Source of the DNA: Candidatus Rokuibacteriota bacterium
GTDB lineage: Bacteria; Methylomirabilota; Methylomirabilia; Rokubacteriales; CSP1-6
Assembly (NCBI GenBank): GCA_037443505.1
Contig: JBBIOF010000001.1
Span: 1 to 36,989 of the forward strand
Direction: 5' to 3'
Length of the DNA: 36,989 bases
Both the position numbers and the translations under genes were made by a program. The notes under the pieces were generated by a model. The model saw nothing but the letters and a program-made list of their open reading frames with translations, was not told the origin of the DNA and ran no database searches. Each line of letters begins with the position of its first letter. Position 1 is the stretch's first letter. This document shows, in pieces, positions 1-6,765 of the stretch.

Positions 1-248
1 CCGGCCGCCGCGCCCAGGATCGCGCCCAGGCCGGCGCCCTTCGCGGTCTCGGTGCCCGGATCGTAGCCCGTCTGCTGCCGGGCCCACGCGTCGCACTCCT
101 GCGAGTCACGGGCCTGCTGCTCGGCGCTCTGCCCCTTCGCCGGGTACACCGCCACGGACCGCGCGGGCGGCGGGCCCGCGGTCGCGCACCCGGCCGCCAC
201 GACGCCGACAGCCAGGAGAAGACTCAGCGTCGACTTCAGCATGCTCAT
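1..248 (-). CDS. Putative lipoprotein, N-terminal part only; the gene continues past the left edge of the window
   Basis: Not in the ORF track because there is no stop in the window. A minus-strand ATG at 248 is preceded by GAAGAGGAGG. The translation MSMLKSTLSLLLAVGVVAAG|CATAGPPPARSVAVYPAKGQSAEQQARDSQECDAWARQQTGYDPGTETAKGAGLGAILGAAAG has a signal peptide plus lipobox (AAGC) and a glycine-zipper-like end. The frame is G/C-rich at third positions. Confidence 0.55.
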   Translation of the reverse strand, partial: MSMLKSTLSLLLAVGVVAAGCATAGPPPARSVAVYPAKGQSAEQQARDSQECDAWARQQTGYDPGTETAKGAGLGAILGAAA

Positions 249-287
249 CTCGTGTGCCTCCTCTTCATCGGGTACCGCTCGGGGGCG

Positions 288-1076
288 CTACGGGGTGGGG
301 AGCCACTCCCGGAGCGACCGCACCTGGCACCCGGCCTTCTCCAGCGCTTCCCGCACCGCCCGCACGATGTTCTGGGCTCCCGGCGTGTCGCCGTGGCAGC
401 AGATGGTCTGGACCGAGATGTCGATCTCCACCCCGTCCAGGGTGACCACCTTGCCCTCGGTGGCCATCTTCACGGCCTGGGCCGCCGCCTTCTGCGGGTC
501 GGTGATCAGCGACCCGGGCACCTTGCGCGACACCAGCGTGCCGTCCACGCTGTAGGCCCGGTCCGCGAACCCCTCGCTGGCCACCCGCACGCCCATCTTG
601 CGGCAGGTCCGGTCGAACTGGCCGGAGGCGGCCGTCATGAGGATGAGCGACGTGCCGCCCGAGTCCTTCACCGCCTGGCCTGCCGCCACCGCCAGCTCCT
701 CGCTGCGCTCCATCATGTTATAGAGGATGCCGTGGGGCTTGACGTGCTGCAGATCGCCCCCCGCCACGCGCACGAACTCCCGCAGCGCGCCGGTCTGGTA
801 GCAGATGTAGTCGCGCACCTCGGCGGGCGTCACGTCCATGACGCGGCGCCCGAACCCCATCAGGTCTGGCAGGCCCGGGTGGGCGCCGATGGCCACCCGG
901 TGGCGGAGCGCCAGCTCCACCGTCCGGCGCATCACGTGCGGATCACCCCCGTGGTAACCGCACGCGATGTTGGCGGAGGTGATGAAGGGCATGATCTCGG
1001 CGTCGGCGCCCAGCGTCCAGCGGCCGAAGCTCTCGCCCATGTCGCAGTTGAGATCGATGAACTTCCCGGTGGCCAT
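288..1076 (-). CDS. pxpA: 5-oxoprolinase subunit A (LamB/YcsF family lactam hydrolase)
   Basis: ORF 288..1118 trimmed to the ATG at 1076, which has an AAGGAG just upstream and lies 10 nt after the stop of the preceding gene. The N-terminus MATGKFIDLNCDMGESFG... and the motifs ANIACGYHGGDP and LQHVKPHG are typical of LamB/YcsF. Confidence 0.9.
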   Translation of the reverse strand: MATGKFIDLNCDMGESFGRWTLGADAEIMPFITSANIACGYHGGDPHVMRRTVELALRHRVAIGAHPGLPDLMGFGRRVMDVTPAEVRDYICYQTGALREFVRVAGGDLQHVKPHGILYNMMERSEELAVAAGQAVKDSGGTSLILMTAASGQFDRTCRKMGVRVASEGFADRAYSVDGTLVSRKVPGSLITDPQKAAAQAVKMATEGKVVTLDGVEIDISVQTICCHGDTPGAQNIVRAVREALEKAGCQVRSLREWLPTP

Positions 1077-1086
1077 TGCCAGCTCC

Positions 1087-2412
1087 TTACTCCCGGGCCA
1101 GGACCCTGGCCAGGGCATTGACGAAGCGGTCGACGTCCTCCTCCGTCATGGCCAGGGAGCAGGCGCCCAGCCCGCGCTGGGTGAGGAGGATGCCCTCGTT
1201 GAGCAGGCCCAAGAACACGCGCAGGGGCGCCTGGGGATCCCGGGGCCGGCTCGAGCGGTAGTCCGTGAGGGCCCCCGGCGTCCAGTGCAGGCAGAACAGG
1301 GAGCCCAGGCCCGTGACCTGGCCGCGCCGCCGGGTGGCCCGGAGCAGGCGGGTGACACCCCCGCGCAGCCGATCGCCCAGGGCGTCGAGCCGGGCGTAGG
1401 CCTCCGGCGTCAGCGCCTCCAGGGTGGCGAGCCCCGCGGCCATCGTGAGCGGGTTGGCGTTGAACGTCCCGCCGTGGCTGATCCGGGCGCCGCCCTTGCG
1501 CGGGTCGTACGCGGCCATGATGTCCGCCCGGCCGCCGAAGGCGCCCACGGGCAGGCCGCCGCCGATGATCTTGCCCAGCGTGGTCAGGTCCGGGCGGACG
1601 CCGAAGCGCTCCTGCGCCCCGCCCGGCGCGACCCGGAACGAGATGACCTCGTCGAAGACCAGGACGATGCCGTGCCGCTCGGTCACCGCGCGCAGCCGCT
1701 CCAGGAAGCCGGGGGCGGGCGGCAGCACGCCCCCGATGCCCAGCAGCGGGTCCACCAGCACGGCCGCCAGGGCGGCGGCCTCCCTCTCGATGATCTGCTC
1801 GCACGCCTCCGCATCGTTCCAGGGCAGCACGACCACGTGCTTGAGGACGGCGGGCGGCAGCCCGGCCGACCAGGCGACGGGCCGGGGGCGCCGGCGCCCG
1901 CCGGCGGCCTTGGGATCGGGCGCGACGCTCACCAGCACCCAGTCGTGGGTGCCGTGGTAGGCGCCCTCGAACTTGGCGATCTTCGCCCGTCCCGTGAACG
2001 CGCGGGCCGCCCGGACCGCGTTCATGGTGGCCTCGGTGCCGGAGTTGGTGAAGCGGACCTGCTCCAGCGACGGGATCCGCCGGACGAGCGCCTCCGCCAG
2101 CCGGATCTCGTGCTCGGTGGGGCCGGGGAACGACAACCCCTGGGCGGCCGCCTCCTGCACGGCCCGCACCACCTCCGCGGGCGCGTGGCCCAGGACCAGG
2201 CTCGTGTAGTTGCCGTTGAAGTCCAGGCGGTCCACGCCGTCCGCGTCCCAGACGTGGGCGCCCTGGCCCCGCTGGACGTAGAACGGGTAGGGGTCGAAGA
2301 AGGTGGTGGTGCGGCTGTTGCCACCGGGCATGACGGTCAGGGCCTCCTCCCAGAGCGCCCTCGACCGCGCCGTCTTCGCCAGGTACTCGCCCTGCTCCCG
2401 GTCGATCGCCAT
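1087..2412 (-). CDS. Class-III PLP aminotransferase (glutamate-1-semialdehyde aminomutase-like / omega-aminotransferase)
   Basis: 441-aa ORF. The ATG at 2412 is preceded by GGTAGGAGGAG, which overlaps the pxpC stop. Motifs: RFTNSGTEATMNAVRAARAFTGR, VFDEVISFR, and the PLP-lysine context TTLGKIIGGGLPVGAFGG. Confidence 0.9.
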   Translation of the reverse strand: MAIDREQGEYLAKTARSRALWEEALTVMPGGNSRTTTFFDPYPFYVQRGQGAHVWDADGVDRLDFNGNYTSLVLGHAPAEVVRAVQEAAAQGLSFPGPTEHEIRLAEALVRRIPSLEQVRFTNSGTEATMNAVRAARAFTGRAKIAKFEGAYHGTHDWVLVSVAPDPKAAGGRRRPRPVAWSAGLPPAVLKHVVVLPWNDAEACEQIIEREAAALAAVLVDPLLGIGGVLPPAPGFLERLRAVTERHGIVLVFDEVISFRVAPGGAQERFGVRPDLTTLGKIIGGGLPVGAFGGRADIMAAYDPRKGGARISHGGTFNANPLTMAAGLATLEALTPEAYARLDALGDRLRGGVTRLLRATRRRGQVTGLGSLFCLHWTPGALTDYRSSRPRDPQAPLRVFLGLLNEGILLTQRGLGACSLAMTEEDVDRFVNALARVLARE

Positions 2413-2422
2413 CGGACTCCTC

Positions 2423-3352
2423 CTACCCGTCGCTCAGGACGTCCTCCAGGGCCGCCAGCGACTGCCGCAGCGCGCGGTGCGCGTCGGCCAGGCTGAGCGC
2501 GCGGAAGCGCAGCCGCTGGCCCGGTTTCACCTGTCCGAGGCGCCCGATGTCGAAGGAGCACACCGTGGCCACCTTGGTATAGCCGCCCGTCGATTGCCGA
2601 TCCACCAGGAGCGCGATGGGCTGGCCGTCCCCGGGGACCTGGATGCTGCCGAGCGCGATACCGTCGGAGATGATATCGTGCCCGCGCCGGTGGGCGATAC
2701 GGGGACCGCGCATCCGGGCGCCCATGCGGTCCGACTGCGGCAGCATCTCGTAGGGCCCCGTGAGGAACGCCTGGAGGCCGTCCTCCGTGAAGGCGTCGTC
2801 CTGCGGGCCCAGCACCACGCGGATCTCGGGCTCGCCGGCGTACGAGGGCACGGCCTCGGGCCGGACGCGCCGGGGTCGCGGCGGGGGCGCGGGGAAGAGG
2901 CGGAGCACGTCTTCCCGCCGGAGGGCCCGGCCCTCGAGCCCGCCCAGCCGTCCCCGCACGTAGGTGGCCCGCGAGCCCAGCACCGGCGGGACGTCGATGC
3001 CGCCGGAAAACGCCACGTAGGCCCGGACGCCGGCCCGGGCCGGCCCCAGCCTCACCACGTCACCGGGCCGGAGCGGGAGCGTCCGCCACGCCTCCGCCTC
3101 CCGGCCGTTGATGGTCACGGGCATCGCCGCGCCCGTCACCGCGATGGCGCAGGGCACCTGGCACTCGAAGCGGAGGCCGACCACCGTGCACTCGAGGCCG
3201 GCCGCCCCGTCGGGGTTGCCCACCAGCCGGTTGGCCAGCACGAAGGCCGCGCGGTCCACGGGGCCCGAGGGGGGGATGCCGTAGCGGAGCTGTCCGGGGC
3301 GGCCGAGGTCCTGGACGGTGGTGAGCGCGCCCGGCTCCAGGACGCGGATCAC
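2423..3352 (-). CDS. pxpC: 5-oxoprolinase subunit C (KipA / allophanate hydrolase subunit 2 family)
   Basis: C-terminal 309 aa of ORF 2423..3859. The GTG start at 3352 overlaps the pxpB stop (GTGA, 3349-3352). Sequence VIRVLEPGALTTVQDLGRPG...SDRMGARMRGP...GSIQVPGDGQPIALLVDRQSTGGYTKVATV is characteristic of the family. Confidence 0.88.
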   Translation of the reverse strand: MIRVLEPGALTTVQDLGRPGQLRYGIPPSGPVDRAAFVLANRLVGNPDGAAGLECTVVGLRFECQVPCAIAVTGAAMPVTINGREAEAWRTLPLRPGDVVRLGPARAGVRAYVAFSGGIDVPPVLGSRATYVRGRLGGLEGRALRREDVLRLFPAPPPRPRRVRPEAVPSYAGEPEIRVVLGPQDDAFTEDGLQAFLTGPYEMLPQSDRMGARMRGPRIAHRRGHDIISDGIALGSIQVPGDGQPIALLVDRQSTGGYTKVATVCSFDIGRLGQVKPGQRLRFRALSLADAHRALRQSLAALEDVLSDG

Positions 3353-4020
3353 GAGATCACCGGCCGGAACGTCCCCGCCTCCACGGCGCGGGTGATGGCG
3401 TCGAACTCCGCGCGGTCGATGCGCCGGAAGGTCACGCGGTCGCCGGGCCGGAGCAGGATGGGGTCGGCCGCTCCGGGATCGTAGAGGCGGAGTGGCGTGC
3501 GCCCGAGCACCCAGTAGCCGCCGGGGCTGTCCACCGAGTAGATGCAGCACTGGATGCCGCCGATGCCCACGCTGCCGGCCGGCACCCGGGTGCGCGGCGT
3601 CTCCAGGCGGGGGATCCGCAGCCGCGCCGGCAGCCCCGCCATGTAGGGCAGCCCCGGCGTGAAGCCGATGAAGTAGACGAGGTACTCCGCCTCGCTGTGG
3701 AGCCGGACCAGCTCCTCGACGGACAGCTCGAGCCGCCGGGCCGCCGCCTCCAGGTCGAAGCCCATCTCCGCGTCGTAGCAGCAGGGCAACTCCACGCGGC
3801 GCGGGGGCGGCAGCGTGGTGCGCTCCGCCTGGGCGGCGAGCTCCCGCAGCGCCGCGCACAGCGCGTCCCAGCCCACCACCGTGGGGTCGTAGTACACCAG
3901 CAGGGAGCGGAAGGTGGGGACGGTCTCGACGACGCCCGGCAGCCCCTTCTGCTGGACCAGGTACTCGAGGGCGCGGACCCGCGTGTTGATCTCCACGCTG
4001 ATCTCGTCGCCCAGCTCCAC
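3349..4020 (-). CDS. pxpB: 5-oxoprolinase subunit B (KipI / allophanate hydrolase subunit 1 family); the true start is probably upstream at CTG 4056
   Basis: 223-aa ORF from GTG 4020, containing FIGFTPGLPYMAG...PAGSVGIGG. The same frame stays open and G/C3-rich back to the TGA at 4069-4071, and reads L-R-F-L-P-A-G-D-L-A-L-S before the GTG. That matches the usual PxpB N-terminus (M-R-x-L-P-x-G-D-x-A-L-L-V-E). See the finding at 4020-4071. Confidence 0.85.
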   Translation of the reverse strand: MELGDEISVEINTRVRALEYLVQQKGLPGVVETVPTFRSLLVYYDPTVVGWDALCAALRELAAQAERTTLPPPRRVELPCCYDAEMGFDLEAAARRLELSVEELVRLHSEAEYLVYFIGFTPGLPYMAGLPARLRIPRLETPRTRVPAGSVGIGGIQCCIYSVDSPGGYWVLGRTPLRLYDPGAADPILLRPGDRVTFRRIDRAEFDAITRAVEAGTFRPVIS

Positions 4021-4068
4021 GGAGAGGGCGAGGTCACCCGCGGGCAGGAACCTCAGAGGCGCCTCGCG

Positions 4069-4857
4069 TCAGAGGACCGCCAGCGCCGAGTTCGGCAGGT
4101 CGGTGATGAACATGTGCCCCGGGCTGTGCGTGATCATGAACGGCGGCCTGGAGGCCAGGGCGACCGCCTGCGGCGTGACGCCGCAGGCCCAGAAGACGGG
4201 CACGTCGCCCGGCCCGAACTCCTGCGGGTCGCCCCAGTCGGGCCTCGTGATGTCCGCGATGCCGATGGCGGCGGGGTCGCCGACGTGCACGGGCGCCCCG
4301 TGCGCGCCCGGGAAGCGCGCGCTGGCGGTGACCGCCCTGGCCAGCTGGTGCGCGGGGATGGGGCGCATGGAGACCACCATGGGGCCGTGGAAGACGCCCG
4401 CGGGGCGGCAGTCGATGGACGTCCTCCACATGGCCACGTTCCGGCCGCGCTCCACGTGCCAGAGGCGGACGCCCGCCTCCATGAGCGCCCACTCGAAGGT
4501 GAACGAGCAGCCCAGGAGGAAGGCCACCAGGTCGTCCCGCCAGTACGCCCGGACGTCGGTGACCTCGTCGGCCAGCACGCCGTCCCGGTAGATGCGGTAC
4601 CGGGGGATGTCCGTCCGGAGGTCGGCGCCCGGCGCGACGCCGGCCGGCTCCGGGGAGCCCACGTCCGTGACCTCGAGGAGCGGGCAGGGGCGCGGGTTGC
4701 GCTGGCAGAAGAGCAGGAAGTCGTAGGCGTGGTCGCGGGGCAGCACCGCGAGGTTGGCCTGGACGTAGCCGGGCCCCAGGCCCGCCGTCACGCCCGCGTA
4801 CTTCCCGCTCCGGATGTCGGCCCGGATCTCGCGCGGGTGGCGGGCGTCGATGGGCAT
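4069..4857 (-). CDS. DUF1445 / UPF0317 putative hydro-lyase (D-glutamate cyclase family)
   Basis: 262-aa ORF: MPIDARHPREIRADIRSGKYAGVTAGLGPGYVQANLAVLP...FLLGCSFTFE...MVVSMRPIP...GAPVHVGDP...VPVFWACGVTPQ. I recognise this pattern as DUF1445. There is no SD; the ATG lies 6 nt after a TAGAAT hexamer. Confidence 0.85.
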   Translation of the reverse strand: MPIDARHPREIRADIRSGKYAGVTAGLGPGYVQANLAVLPRDHAYDFLLFCQRNPRPCPLLEVTDVGSPEPAGVAPGADLRTDIPRYRIYRDGVLADEVTDVRAYWRDDLVAFLLGCSFTFEWALMEAGVRLWHVERGRNVAMWRTSIDCRPAGVFHGPMVVSMRPIPAHQLARAVTASARFPGAHGAPVHVGDPAAIGIADITRPDWGDPQEFGPGDVPVFWACGVTPQAVALASRPPFMITHSPGHMFITDLPNSALAVL

Positions 4858-4863
4858 GGCGGT

Positions 4864-4869
4864 ATTCTA
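4864..4869 (-). promoter_or_regulatory. Possible internal -10 element (TAGAAT) giving a leaderless DUF1445 transcript
   Basis: The minus strand reads CGTCAGG-TAGAAT-ACCGCC-ATG. The hexamer includes the TAG stop of the upstream dehydrogenase and ends 6 nt before ATG 4857. No SD is present. Confidence 0.25.
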
Positions 4870-5856
4870 CCTGACGCCCAGCCGGTCCCACACCTCCGGG
4901 TTCACCAGCACGTGCGGGCGCTCGCCCCGCAGCACGCGCAGCATCTCCTCGCTCACCTGCACCGCCATCTGGCGGTTCGCCTCCTGGGTCACGCCCGCCA
5001 CGTGGGACGTGCACACGACGTTCTCCAGGTTGAAGAGGGGATTGTCCACGGGGCTCGGCTCCTGCTCCCACACGTCGATGCCGGCGGCGGCCAGCTTGCC
5101 GCGCGTGAGCGCCTCGAACAGCGCGCGCTCGTCCTGCACGCCGCCGCGCGAGGTGTTCACGTAGATGGCGCCGTCGCGCAGGAGGGCCAGCGCGCGGGCG
5201 TCGATCATGTGCCGGGTCTCCGGCGTGAGCGGGGTGTGGCAGGTGAGCACGTCCACCCGGGGCAGCAGCTCCTCCAGGCTCCGCGTGGGCTCGGCGCCCC
5301 GCCGCCGCACCTCGTCGTCCGGCACGTACTTGTCGTAGGCGAGCACCCGCATGCCGATGGCGGCGGCGAACCTCGCCACCCGGCGCCCGATGTTCCCGAT
5401 GCCCACGATGCCCAGGGTCTTGCCGGCCAGCTCCCGGTTGCCCTGGTAGCGGTGGGGCCCCCAGTCGCCGGCCCGCGTCATCCGGTCCACCGCAAGGGCG
5501 CGCCGGGCGCACATGAGCATCAGCATCAGGGCATGCTCGGCCACCGCCTGCGAGTTGGACCCGGGCGCGTGGACGACGGCGATCCCCAGGCGCGTGGCGG
5601 CCGGGATGTCCACGGTGTCCAGGCCGACGCCGTGCCGCCCCACCACGCGGAGCCGCTTGCACGCCTCCATCAGCGAGGCCGTGCAGTGGGGCTTGACGCG
5701 GAAGAGGATGCCGTCGGCCTCGGCGGCGGCGCGGATCATGCCCGCCTCCGTCAGGTCCTCGCACACCGCCACCCGCACCTCGCGCTCCAGCAGGGCGCGG
5801 GCGTCCGGGTGGAGCTCTCCGGGGATCACGACGACGGGACGCGGATCGCTGGGCAT
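4867..5856 (-). CDS. D-isomer-specific 2-hydroxyacid dehydrogenase (phosphoglycerate dehydrogenase-like, NAD-binding)
   Basis: 329-aa ORF. The ATG at 5856 is preceded by CCAGGAGGAGAG. It has the GKTLGIVGIGNIGRRVA Rossmann motif, NTSRGGVQDE, and SHVAG (catalytic His region). Confidence 0.9.
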   Translation of the reverse strand: MPSDPRPVVVIPGELHPDARALLEREVRVAVCEDLTEAGMIRAAAEADGILFRVKPHCTASLMEACKRLRVVGRHGVGLDTVDIPAATRLGIAVVHAPGSNSQAVAEHALMLMLMCARRALAVDRMTRAGDWGPHRYQGNRELAGKTLGIVGIGNIGRRVARFAAAIGMRVLAYDKYVPDDEVRRRGAEPTRSLEELLPRVDVLTCHTPLTPETRHMIDARALALLRDGAIYVNTSRGGVQDERALFEALTRGKLAAAGIDVWEQEPSPVDNPLFNLENVVCTSHVAGVTQEANRQMAVQVSEEMLRVLRGERPHVLVNPEVWDRLGVR

Positions 5857-5891
5857 GGACGCTCTCCTCCTGGGGAAGCGGTGACCGGGGG

Positions 5892-5900
5892 ATTCTACCA
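5892..5900 (-). promoter_or_regulatory. Extended -10 promoter candidate (TGGTAGAAT) for the 2-hydroxyacid dehydrogenase/pxp operon
   Basis: The minus strand reads TGG-TAGAAT at 5900->5892, in the 55-nt gap between the methyltransferase stop (5912) and ATG 5856. It is followed about 25 nt later by the GGAGGAG SD. It is an isolated AT-rich island in GC-rich DNA. Confidence 0.35.
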
Positions 5901-5911
5901 GAGGCGGCGCG

Positions 5912-6658
5912 CTACTTGCGCGCGACCAGGACGATGCGCGGGGCGTCCAGCGAGAACGGGGTGCCGTCCAGCGCGCCGTAGAGGTCCACGCGGCTCCACC
6001 GCTCGGGACGGAGCATGCCCCGGAGCTCGTGGGCCGAGTAGAGGCGGATCTCGCTCTCGCCGATCAGCGAGCCCGGCTCCTCCTCGGCGTCGCCCTCCAG
6101 CCGCCACCAGCGGGCCAGCCACCGGCTGGTGGCCGGGTCGAAGCGGTTCTCGATGCGGAGAGTCCAGCCGTCGAAGCGCTGGCGCTCCTCGGCGGGCAGC
6201 GAGCGCACGCACTGGTCGCGGTTGCGCGTGTCGAGCACGAAGACGCCGCCCGGCGCCAGGGCGCGCCAGAAGCGGTCCACCAGCAGCCGGTCCTCGTCGT
6301 CCGAGAAGTACCCGATGCTGCTGAAGAGGTTTACGGCCAGGTCGAACTCCCCGGCGAACTCCATGTCCCGCATGTCCTGGCACACCAGGCGCAGCGTCAC
6401 GCCGGCCGCCCGCGCCGCCTCGCGGGCGCGCGCCAGCTCCGTCTCGTTGAAGTCCACGCCGGTGACGTCGTAGCCGCGCCGCGCGAACTCGATGGAGTGA
6501 CGGCCGAAGCCACACGGCGCGTCCAGCACCCGGGCCGGCGGCCCGAGTCCCGCGCGGCCCACGATCCAGCGGACGGCGCGCGCCGCGTCGGCCGCGGGCT
6601 CCAGCGCCTGGGAGATGGTGGGCCAGGCCTCCCGGAAGAACCGCTCGCTCTGGAACAC
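5912..6658 (-). CDS. Class I SAM-dependent methyltransferase
   Basis: 248-aa ORF with a GTG start at 6658. It has SAM-binding motif I (VLDAPCGFGRHSIEFARRGYDVTGVD) and a post-I acidic motif (CQDMRDM). Confidence 0.85.
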   Translation of the reverse strand: MFQSERFFREAWPTISQALEPAADAARAVRWIVGRAGLGPPARVLDAPCGFGRHSIEFARRGYDVTGVDFNETELARAREAARAAGVTLRLVCQDMRDMEFAGEFDLAVNLFSSIGYFSDDEDRLLVDRFWRALAPGGVFVLDTRNRDQCVRSLPAEERQRFDGWTLRIENRFDPATSRWLARWWRLEGDAEEEPGSLIGESEIRLYSAHELRGMLRPERWSRVDLYGALDGTPFSLDAPRIVLVARK

Positions 6659-6665
6659 GCCAGCA

Positions 6666-6671
6666 ATTATA
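6666..6671 (-). promoter_or_regulatory. Perfect TATAAT -10 hexamer 7 nt upstream of the methyltransferase GTG (leaderless candidate)
   Basis: The minus strand reads GCCGC-TATAAT-TGCTGGC-GTG-TTC-CAG. There is no SD and no recognisable -35. Confidence 0.35.
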
Positions 6672-6723
6672 GCGGCGAACGGCGCCCGCGGCGCGCCGGC
6701 CGCGGCCCGGGGGCCCGGGCGTG

Positions 6724-6732
6724 TGGTAATGT
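6724..6732 (+). promoter_or_regulatory. Extended -10 promoter candidate (TGGTAATGT) upstream of the GNAT gene
   Basis: TG-G-TAATGT at 6724-6732 in the divergent intergenic region. It lies 10 nt before a mini-ORF ATG (6743) and 33 nt before the GNAT ATG (6766). Confidence 0.3.
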
Positions 6733-6765
6733 CTTCGAGGTCATGCAGACCGCCCCGAGGCCCCG

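Noticed and set aside
3697-6324. Very long ORFs on the strand opposite, or out of frame, to the genes called here. Examples: 3697..6324 (+, 875 aa), 8120..9853 (+), 10552..12837 (+), 13224..15281 (-), 22035..24275 (-), 22289..24439 (+).
   Set aside because: Their translations are low-complexity Arg/Gly/Pro/Ala/His strings with no recognisable motifs. They run across several well-supported genes. This is the expected artefact of a ~70% GC genome, where G/C-saturated third positions remove stop codons from alternative frames.
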